From: Octopus vulgaris
Taxonomy: Eukaryota
Assembly (NCBI GenBank): GCA_951406725.2
Contig: OX597824.1
Location: 89,342,001 to 89,406,000, forward strand
Length of the DNA stretch: 64,000 nucleotides
Direction: 5' to 3'
Position numbers and translations under genes: made by a program. Below are positions 54,014-64,000 of the stretch, piece after piece (within the stretch, counting starts at the first letter, position 1; every line of letters begins with the position of its first letter). The notes under the pieces are model-generated. The model saw only the letters and a program-made list of their open reading frames with translations, had not been told where the DNA came from and did no database searches.

Positions 54014-54286
54014 GAGGGGTAGGGATGTGTGGTAGAGCAAGCACAAGAACTAGGTCTCAAATAATGAGTGCATTAATTATTTAATCAACGGAAGAATTAC
54101 AAAAGTTCTTATGTCTGTAATATAGAAGCGTATGTGCTTGTATTTATGTCCAATTCTGAACTCATTCCTTCCTTCTTTCTCTCCCCTCTCTCCTTCAGTT
54201 TTTTGTAAATGTGTATCAAAAGAATAGCAACATAGTTACCCTCAAGGGGTTGGTGTGAAGAGCCTCAAAATTTCCTATGAAATTTT

Positions 54287-54552
54287 GGCGCAGGAGCGGC
54301 TATGTGATAAGTAGCTACTTAACAACATGGTTCCGGGTTCAGACCTACTGCGTGGCACCTTGGGCAAGTGTCCTCTACTCTAGCCTCGGGCCGACCAATG
54401 CCTTGTGGGTGGATTTGGTAGACGGAAACTGAAAAAGTTCGTCGTATATATATGTATATATATATATATATAGGTGTATGTGTGTATGTGTGTCTGTGTT
54501 TTCCCCCCACAAATATCGCTTGACAGCCGATGGTGGTGTGTTTACGTCCCCA
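54287..54552 (+). mobile_element. SINE family A, 3'-truncated
   Basis: GGCGCAGGAGCGGCTATGTG head; GGCACCTTGGGCAAGT. Confidence 0.85.
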
Positions 54553-54692
54553 TAGTGGGGCACAGGCTAAGTTACAGGGCCGTAAACGAACCAACACTGG
54601 CTGTTAAGCGGTTGCAGCACAAACATAAACGCACACACACACACTTACACACACACTTACACACACACACACACGCACAGATAGTGTATATA

Positions 54693-55015
54693 GTGAAGGC
54701 GCATGGCTCAGAGCGTCGGGCTCGCAATCATGAGGTAGTGAGTTCGACTCCCAGACCGGGCAGTGTGTTGTGTCCTTGAGCAAGACACTTTATTTCACGT
54801 TGGTTCAGTTCACTCAGCTGTAAAAATGAGTTGCGACGTCACAAGTGCCAAGCTGTTTCGGCCCCTTTGCCTCTCCCTTGGAAAACATCGGTGACGTGGA
54901 GAAGGGAGACTAGCATTCACAGCCGAGTACTGGTCTTCCATAAACAACCTTGCCCGGACTTGTACCTCGGAGGGGAACTTTCTAGGTGCAATCCCATGGT
55001 TATTCATGACCGAAG
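54693..55015 (+). mobile_element. SINE family C
   Basis: GTGAAGGCGCATGGCTCAG head; homologous to 15236-15568. Confidence 0.9.
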
Positions 55016-55786
55016 CGAGATCTTTATATATAAATACACACACGTGTGTACACGAATACACAAACACACAATGGACGTTTTCGCAAAGAATTATTGAACC
55101 CGAGGTTATACAGTTGAAGGCAATTCCTCAAATATCCTGGCATTGAGATCGAAGCGGGAACCATGCGGCTAAAGGACAAACTACTTTACCACACAGTCGT
55201 GTTGTTGCCTCCGTCGAATTCATTCATTCATAAACTGTCTGATAACGTCAGTAATTTTCGTCACAGCCTCATTGTCAGACATGCCAGTTTCTCTGTTTGA
55301 ACTGAAGCACAATTGTGTAATATCCTTCCAGTTGGAAGACAAAACACAGAACTTCATTTCAGATTCTACCAAACTTTATAAAAACAGATTCCTTCATTTA
55401 CTGATGTCGTCTGTTCATTTCCTCTCTTGCTCTGCTTTTCTCAAACTCTGGTATTTGGCCTTAAAAATTCTTCGTTAAACGAGTGTAATTATGTATACAA
55501 ATAATGTATTTATAAATGTCCTTTGTTCTCGATTTGTATTTGGTATATTCCAAACGTCTGTGTTGGTATGCATGCATATATTCATATATATATATCTATC
55601 TAACCACATTCAGGTTTATAGTCTAGCAAGCCGAAACTTCGAAGTCCCTGACATTCTTCTTCTTGTTAAAGTTTAATAAATATGCACTCTGCTAAAAAGT
55701 TTTTAGTAGCTTGTGTATATGTGTGTGAGCGTATATGTGTGTGTTTGTGTGTGTGTATGAATATATATATATATATATATATATAT

Positions 55787-56120
55787 TACGGAGATGTACT
55801 CGCATAGCAAGTAATTTGATCTGAGATCGTGTGCTGAAACGAAAACAATTGCAGCGTGGAAGGTGTTTATAAGCCATTTAAGAAACACACAAAAGCCGTT
55901 CGATTCACTTCAACATTTAAGTTTAATTTGTCAAAATATTTTCGTCGCTAAAATCCGCGACCTGTTCACTGACAAAGTCCGTGCTGCACGGACTTTGTCA
56001 GTGAACAGGTCTCGGATTTTAGTGATGAAAATATTTTGACAAATTAAACTTAAATGTTGAAGTGAATCGAACAGCTTTTGTGTGTTTCTTAAATGGCTTA
56101 TAAACACCTTCCACGCTGCA

Positions 56121-56125
<5 letters not shown>
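55787..56125. mobile_element. (TA)n-flanked fold-back element, family P4: 140-bp arms, 1-nt loop
   Basis: 55845-55984 is the reverse complement of 55986-56125 with 4 mismatches; left arm extends a further about 58 bp. Confidence 0.92.
55927..55976 (-). ncRNA. Putative minimal type I hammerhead ribozyme with G3:C8 compensatory core
   Basis: tttgtca-GTGAACA-G-GTCGC-GGATTTTA-GCGAC-GAAA-ATAT-TT-tgacaaa: 7-bp stem I, 5-bp stem II, palindromic stem III. Mirror copy at 55994-56043 (+) has a damaged stem II. Confidence 0.7.
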
Positions 56126-56165
<40 letters not shown>

Positions 56166-56175
56166 ATATATATAA

Positions 56176-56352
56176 AGGGAAAGTTTACGAAAATAAACAA
56201 AAGACGAAGGCAGGTGGAGTACAAACAAACAAATGTATTAGTATAGTGCTCAGGAATAGAAAAAGTCTTTTATGTTTCGAGCCTAAGCTCTTCGACAGAA
56301 AGATACACAGAAAAAAAACAAGGAGAGAAACAAGGAGAGAAAAAAAAAAAAA
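56176..56352 (-). mobile_element. Family P1 hammerhead-like element
   Basis: Minus 56267-56302 cttt-CTGTCGA-A-GAGC-TTAG-GCTC-GAAA-CA-TA-aaag; (TA)n flanks. Confidence 0.75.
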
Positions 56353-57076
56353 ATATATATATATATATACATACACTCACACATGCGTGTGCGTATTTAA
56401 TCATATGTGTATATATGTGCATAAGCAATGGGAACAGGCTGGACATGAACCAGTTGTATTTGACCAAGCGGTTAAGAAATTCGCTTCGTAATCATGAGAT
56501 CCCCGGTTCGATCCAACTGTTGGGTATCCTGGGCAAGCAACTGTCTTTTTCCATGACCTCGAGCCGACCTAGGCCTTGTAAATAAAACTGGGTCTAGGGA
56601 AACTGTGAGGAAGTCTGCCAACTGGCTTATACCTGAAATTCAAGGTGCTGGCTTTACCATAACACCATGTCACACAGATTCTGTCCGAAGGCTCCGCTAA
56701 GCAGAAGAGCAGCCCGGTGGGGTAGGGGCCCGTCTCAGGTGACGCTTTTACGGGGGCAGCATTTTGGGGGTTTGCTGTATAAACTTGATTGGATCGGGGC
56801 CCAGGTTGGGGATAAGGGTTAAACTGAGGGAGCTATCGCGGGCGGCACAAGTCTTTTCTGTTGCTCCACCGCTTCTGTCTGTTTAGTGACCTTGCTAGGA
56901 TATTATAAGACCACAACCACCACCACCACCACCAGCATCACAAACCAATAATCATCACTATCCACACAACCGTCATCCTCATCATCTTCACATTCATCGC
57001 CGCTGACATCGTCATTCGTCGTCATTATCTTCAACACAACCACCACTCCTCTTATCATATCAGCACCACGACCACG

Positions 57077-57171
<95 letters not shown>

Positions 57172-57840
57172 AAACACTACTACCACCACCACCACTACCA
57201 TAATCACCACCACCACCATCATCAACAACACCGCCACTACCACCATCACCACCACCACCACAATCACCACCACCATCACCACCACCGCCGCCTCCACCGT
57301 CGCCACCACCACCACGATCACCACCAACGCCACCACCACTACTACCCCCATCACAACACAAGAATGCCCCTCCCTATAACTAACAGCACCACCGACACCC
57401 TTTAAAACCCTGCTACTACCACACTAACAACAACAACACGTACCACCACTGCCGCCCTCACTACCATCGCACAAGTAACAAATGAAATTCATTAGCAACT
57501 GTTTAAAAACCTCACCCCTAAACTCACCCCTAAATGTAACTCTAACCCCGACCCTAATTTCACACACACCCCCCTAGCCCCGTGTCCCTAAACGACACCA
57601 CCACGGTTAGCTTAACCTTTACTCTAAACCTGAACCCTCCAGTAACGTGAATGTGGCCCGTAAACACCCTGTCAGGGCAATTTGTTTAAATATATCAAAT
57701 AGCGGGCGGACGTGCGCGGTGAGGCGTTATGTGTTCGGGTGTCTGTGTGTATGAGCGCTGTGTGTTTCTATGTGTATGTGTATACGTGAATGTGTAGGCA
57801 TATGTGTGTGTGTGTATGTATGTATTATACATGTGCACAC

Positions 57841-57899
<59 letters not shown>

Positions 57900-57900
57900 G

Positions 57901-57947
<47 letters not shown>

Positions 57948-58004
57948 GTCTATCTGTCTGTCTGTCTGTCTGTCAATCTATCTATCTATCAGTCTGTCGG
58001 TTTG

Positions 58005-58069
<65 letters not shown>

Positions 58070-58100
58070 GTGTCTGTCTGTCTGTCTGTATGTATGTATG

Positions 58101-58131
<31 letters not shown>

Positions 58132-58658
58132 GCATGTATGCATATATGTATGTATATATATATGTGCGTGTGCGTCTATGTATGGATCCGTGTGTGTGCG
58201 TGCGTGTGTGTGTATGTATGTGTATGTGTGCTTGCGTGCGCGTGTCTTTCTACAAGAGAAAAACTTGAGGAAATTAGGTCAAATTCTTGGAGGAAATATT
58301 TAGGGGCCACTTTTGACCAGTATCGTGTCGAGTTCTATACTGGTAAACTGTTATTAGGGCATCGGGGGTTTAAGCAGGAGTGAAATCCGAACTTCGCCTG
58401 ACTTACTTTCCTGAAGACAACTTGTTAAATATGGCGTCGCTTCTCTCTGACATTTCTTAGAGGGTGATGAAAAATGGAAGTGGTAGGAGATAGTATACAC
58501 ATACACACGTGCGCGCACACATGCACACGCACTCACATAAATATATACGTATATGTGTTTTTATTTATGTATGTATACTCACACACACGCGTACACACAC
58601 ACATAAATATATCTGTATAATTAGATAGATAAATAGAGAGAGGGAGAGAGGGAGAGAA

Positions 58659-58719
<61 letters not shown>

Positions 58720-59305
58720 GTGTGTGTGTGTATGTGAGCACATATCTATATATCAATATAATACAAATGTACATGTGTGCATGTGTGGAGAGAGAGAAAG
58801 AGTAGAAAAAGAAAAAGAGAGAACGAGAAAGTGAAAGAGAGAGAGAGAGTAGAAAAAAGAAAGCAGAGAGAACGAGAAAGTGAGAGAAGAGAGAGAGAGA
58901 GAATAGTGAGAAGGAGAAAGAGAACAGAAATAATTAGACGGAGTGCTAATTATCTTGTGTATCATTTTTAATTCGACACACCGAAATATTTCCGATGCCT
59001 AATTTTTCGTAATTTCGTATATTTTCGTACTTTTTCGTTTAATTTTCCATGCCTGTTGCCATCTCGTCTCCTGCGTCCCATTCCTCTTTTATTGTCCCAT
59101 ATCAACCACACAATTCCCTGATAGCATTTGTCGACTGGTTTCTCTGAGGTGAGCGGTCCTATTGCTAAAGAGCCGAAACTATTTTGTTCTTAATTAACAG
59201 CTGATGAAAAGGAGGCTTACTACCATAATTGTACTTTTCCTTCGCCTTTTTTCGTTTAGTTTGCATATACTTATATTTCTTCTCCGTCTCATTCTTCACA
59301 GACAC

Positions 59306-59402
<97 letters not shown>

Positions 59403-59511
59403 TCGTTGTGACATCTGTTAAATGTGCATAAATCTGTACAGATTTCACAGACAATTAAAATGTAGAAACCTCTCTATAGCCCACAGTTAACATTTCATTA
59501 CATCAAGGTGT

Positions 59512-59698
59512 TGAACCGGAATAATCGTTAGCAGGTATTTCATCCGTCTTCATGTTCTGAGTTCAAATTCAGCCGAGGTCGACTTTGCTTTTCAGCCCTT
59601 TCGAGGTCTTTAAAATAAGTACCAGTTCAATGCTGGGGTCGATGTAATCGACTTACCACCTCCTACGAAATTGTTGATCTTCAGTCATTATTTGAAAT
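59512..59698 (+). mobile_element. SINE family B (diverged)
   Basis: TTCTGAGTTCAAATTCAGCCGAGGTCGACTTTG...CTGGGGTCGATGTAATCGACTT. Confidence 0.8.
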
Positions 59699-60438
59699 CA
59701 ATATTTCACTCTGCCCACATGTCCACATCCGCAATAGGGCAATATTTTGAATTGTCACATTTCGCAAACAGTATTTACCAATATGTTTACAATCTACTGT
59801 CAGATAACACTTCCATACATCTACATTTCACAGTCAATTAATACTTATAATTTTACCAACATTCCATTGGTAATATTTCCCAGAATGTCCACATTCCACC
59901 GCCAGTTCAGATTTCAGTTTGCTGGAATGCAACGTTTCATCACGGGTTTTCTTGATCAGGGCCGATCTAAAGTTAAACAAACAAAAAAACAAAAACAACA
60001 ACGAAGATGACAACAAAACAACAGCAACATTCTTCATACCACCACCACCACCACCACCATAACTTGTGCAACTGCAAATATTTGTGATGCTGTCGTTGCT
60101 ATTAGCAGCTCCATCACTAACCGCCACGACTGCATCACAGCCGTTGCTCCATCAACGTCGCCACTCCTGTAATCACAGTCACAAATATTTCACATCAAGT
60201 CACGTCCACACGTCAGCACCATAGTCACAAGCCTCTATGGGTTGCAACTATGTGGTCAACTGATCTGCTAAAAATATCAGACTTGTTTTTCTCATACCAC
60301 ATTCAAATGTTCGTAAGAAAAAAAATCTCATTGCACTGTGCAGTCAAGAAAAGACAGAAAGATCACAGTTTTGCGCATAGGGCTGACTTGGGGTTAAACA
60401 AAATAAACACAATAACTATACCCGTATCACCACACTTC

Positions 60439-60491
<53 letters not shown>

Positions 60492-60492
<1 letters not shown>

Positions 60493-60689
60493 CGGGAAGC
60501 TTTATGAAAATAAACAAAAGACGAAGGCAGGTGGAAAACAAACGAACAATTGTATTAGTATGGCGCTCAGGAAATATAAATAAAACAAGTCTTTAACGTT
60601 TCGAGCCTACGCTCTTCAACAGAAAGATACACAGAGAGAGAAAAACACAGAAAGAAGGAGAGAAAAAATGCGTGCAGTAGCTAACGAAT

Positions 60690-60693
<4 letters not shown>
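60492..60693 (-). mobile_element. Family P1 hammerhead-like element
   Basis: Embedded in pure (TA)n on both sides; homologous to 358-547. Confidence 0.78.
60590..60627 (-). ncRNA. Putative minimal hammerhead ribozyme (A6U core variant)
   Basis: tcttt-CTGTTGA-A-GAGC-GTAG-GCTC-GAAA-CG-TT-aaaga; stem III reduced to the palindrome ACGT. Confidence 0.6.
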
Positions 60694-60726
<33 letters not shown>

Positions 60727-60863
60727 GCTGTGTGGTAACTAGCTTACTTACCAACCACATGGTTCCGGGTTCAGTCCCACTGCATGGCACCTTCTACTAT
60801 AGCCTCAGGCCAACTAAAGCCTTGTGAGTGGATTTGGTAGACGGAAACTGAAAGAAGCCCGTC

Positions 60864-60865
<2 letters not shown>
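60727..60865 (+). mobile_element. SINE family A 5' part
   Basis: GCTGTGTGGTAA, GGTTCCGGGTTCAGTCCC, GACGGAAACTGAAAGAAGCCCGTCG. Confidence 0.85.
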
Positions 60866-60950
<85 letters not shown>

Positions 60951-61235
60951 CACATAACACGAGCACACACACATGTATATATTAGAAATGATACACTTCT
61001 AAATCTCTCGGAGAGATTTATACAGTAGCAGCACGGTAAAGGGGTGGTTTGTTGCTGCGAACTTAATGTAGCAGTCCCAGAAGAGGGGAGATAAGCACCT
61101 CCACCCCTCTTTGAAAACGTAAGGACACAGAAGAGGGGTGTCATGGCCAACTGGAAACGGTGTTTCCTAGGGCTAAATTGCAGGAACATTTTCCCCTTTC
61201 CTGGGGCTGCCACATTAAGTTGGCAGCAAACCATC

Positions 61236-61275
<40 letters not shown>

Positions 61276-61386
61276 CTATACGTATATATGTATATATATA
61301 TGTATATATGTATATATATATATATGTATGTATGTATATATATATAAGTATATACATACATACATACATACATACATAATACATAC

Positions 61387-61437
<51 letters not shown>

Positions 61438-62119
61438 TGAATATTTTTATTTTCTCGTGGAGAGAACCGTATGATCATCAGCAAACCGGTGCTTGTTGAA
61501 TTAATTCCCTTGCAGTATTAGTTCTACACCCAGCTACAGCACCTACCTTATAACTCTCGTCGTCATGAACGCAGTGAAACAGGGGTTGCCCCATGGGATC
61601 CACTGACGCGACTGTTCGCATTTTTTCGATACAAATTACAAATTTATGAAGAAATGGAATTCCAATGTCTTGGACTGTTGACATCTTCGCATTGGGCGTG
61701 GTGATGGAAATTGCCTGGGTAACTAGGTTCGGGTCGTGCTAACATCAGCCAAGTATTACGAACGTATAGAGTTTCGCAATGCCGTCTGTGGAATGGCGCG
61801 AAAGCAGTAGTATGAGGGACAGAGAGGAAGGGATAGAAAGAGAGAGAGAGAGAGAGAGGGAGGGAGAGAGAGAGAGAGAGAGCGTGGGCGAGGAGGAGGT
61901 TTGTTGTAAACCGAACGAAAATTCAGCAAAACATTCTCTCTCTGATGTAAAACATAAATACAAAACGAAATTTAATATGTAAACAAAAGTATTGGCTTCT
62001 AACGTAAGACAGTAGACTGAAAGAGAAAGTAGGAGGAGGAAGAAAGGGAGGCGGTGGGAGAAGAGAGAACGAGAGAGAGACTCACAGAGAGATGGTTGGT
62101 AGGATGGTTCCCAAGTACC

Positions 62120-63640
62120 GGTATTTGTTTTGTTTCTTCAAAGCAGTGCGAAGGGATTTAAAGGAATTTGACAGTTGTTTCTAGCGGACGAAGTAACTGC
62201 GGACACAACGAACAGGAAGGTGTCTACCCTTAATCCTTTCAGTCTCGTCCACCACAATATGACCTCTGACCTCTGACCTCTTTCGCCAAAGCCACCAGAC
62301 AAATGAACCCCACCTGCTGGTACGGGCCTCATTATGGAGTTGGCCGATAGCCGCACTTCTCCGACACTCGACAACAGTTGCTCTACATAAGGTGACAATT
62401 CTCGGACACTGCATGAGTGCATGCTGTACGGTCTCGTCGCTCTTACACGCGTTTCGGACAGTCCGTCTGGTAGCAGTCAGGCCATTGATTTTTGGATGTT
62501 ATCCATGGTAGCTCTCGACACGAAGGTCCTCCGAAACAGACTGGTTAGTTCGTCCTCGTCGACGCCAAAAGTTTCCCCAAGAATATCATCACTTTTACTC
62601 ACCACTGTGAAGGCGCATGGCTCAGTGCTTAGGGCGTCGAGCTTACGATCGTGAGGTTGTGAGCTCGAATCCCGGACCGGGCTGCGTGTTGTGTTCTTGA
62701 GCAAGACACATTATTTCACGTTGCTCCAGTTCACTCAGCTGTAGAAATGAGTTGCAACGTCACAGGTGCCAAGCTGTATCGGCCCCTTTGCCTTTCCCTT
62801 GGATAACACTGGTGGTGTGAAGAGGGGAGGCTGGTATGCTTAGGCGACTGCTGGTCTTCCATAAACAACCTTGCCCGGACTTGTTCCTGGGAGGGTAACT
62901 TTCTAGGTGCAATCCCATGGTCTGTGATGTGACCGAAGGGGGTCTCAGAATACTCACCACCAGATCTCCATATATTCCTAAACGTAGAACTTATACTGAC
63001 CGCATAGCCTGACTGATAAAAAGCGGTGAGCGCCCGACGGCATTTTAGGTTCCAGGCGTCTGGAGCCCAATCTTCAATTCCGTCAAAGAGATGAGATGTG
63101 GAAAAATATGCTTTACAAATGGTGTCTACACTGCCTCGGAAAACTTGCAGGTGAGGCAGCCTCTGTGCGTGTTTATGCATCAGTAGCCACGGCACGCCAA
63201 GCCCGCCTTCCAGAGAACGCTAGCAGCAAATCGACCATCTAACTCATGGAATGCATCCATTTCACCGGAAGCTGTGAAGAAGACATTTCAGTCTGGCCAG
63301 GCGCAAACTCAAAACTCCAAGGTGCTTGTGGTAACTCTTTACTTTATTATTTTATGTTCCATTATTGGACATGTCCAGCCTTTCAGGTAATTAGGTCGGC
63401 CAGCTTGCTTGTTACCTAGTCCCAGTTCCTCGACTCTTCTGCTGAAAGCCGTGGCATGTCATCAAGGTCGGCACCAAAATCCATAACCGTCTCCGGTCTG
63501 TCGCTTACTCGGAACAGCTGAGCAAAGTGCTGCTAGAACGTCGGATACATTTGCTTGGAAGCGAGTTATTACGCGCCCATCCTGGTTCGTCAAAGACCGA
63601 ATTGAGGCGTCGCGCCTCTGCCAAACTGTGTCTATCAAAT
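62120..63640 (-). mobile_element. Decayed Tx1/L1-type LINE ORF2 with internal deletion
   Basis: Minus-strand pieces in order: IRSLTNQDGRVIT / QHFAQLF..LDDMPRLSAEE (pre-RT linker), EGGLGVP (post-RT), CP..C.SDETVQHALMQCP (CCHC knuckle near 62403-62460); stops and frameshifts. Confidence 0.75.
62606..62950 (+). mobile_element. Full-length SINE family C nested in the LINE, 10-bp TSD
   Basis: TACTCACCAC at 62596-62605 and 62951-62960. Confidence 0.93.
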
Positions 63641-64000
63641 AACTTTTATTCCTTCAGGTAATCATGGTTCCATCCTTGATTCTATGGATCCTAGGCCGAT
63701 GCACCGGCTGACCCATTCCCACATAGTATGTATGTTCAAAAAGCATTCACTGTTTTTAAAAGTTAATTTGGGTGTGTCTGCGTGGGTGTTTGTCGTCTTG
63801 CCTCTGTGTGTGTGTGTCTGTGTGTGTGTGTGAAACTTGAAGTAATCAAGACAGATTGGTGTGTTTAGTCACGTGTGTGAAGAAAGTACTTGTGCCATGA
63901 ATAGAGTACACCTGCAAGAAGTCAGGCCAGGCCAATTATTACGCCTATTCCTCACTGCTTCACCTCTGGAACTGTTTCGCAAGTCGAAGAATTTGCGTAA

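Noticed and set aside
61478-61735. Non-repetitive minus-strand ORF (68 aa) and a possible + strand acceptor at 61515
   Set aside because: No recognisable domain, bounded by stops; all + frames after the acceptor close quickly with no clear donor.
62138-63195. ORFs 62138-62422, 62477-62704 and 62731-63195 as host genes
   Set aside because: Explained as frameshifted LINE ORF2 pieces read through an antisense SINE.

Overview
Eukaryotic, AT-rich, microsatellite-saturated DNA. The tRNA-derived SINE families and LINE mix match what I recall of an octopus (coleoid cephalopod) genome; this is an inference from repeat content, not a database result. Almost all ORFs in the supplied track are artefacts of (TA)n, (CA)n, (TATG)n, (GATA)n and trinucleotide tracts. 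I can support only one host coding exon (44400-44765, +, ATG to a GTAAGT donor, product unidentified). The rest is intronic/intergenic: about 30 copies of four SINE families, 5'-truncated CR1-type and R4/Dong-type LINE ends, a decayed Tx1/L1-type ORF2, mariner remnants and MITEs, a non-autonomous Helitron and several minisatellites. The most interesting signal is a set of more than ten short, (TA)n-embedded, non-coding elements from several sequence-unrelated families that share a minimal type I hammerhead-ribozyme architecture, several as outward-facing fold-backs. Each family has its own non-canonical core (G3:C8 compensatory swap, U4C, A6U). They are best read as Penelope-like pLTR/retrozyme-type non-autonomous retroelements. 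Folds and alignments were done by eye and repeat boundaries are approximate.
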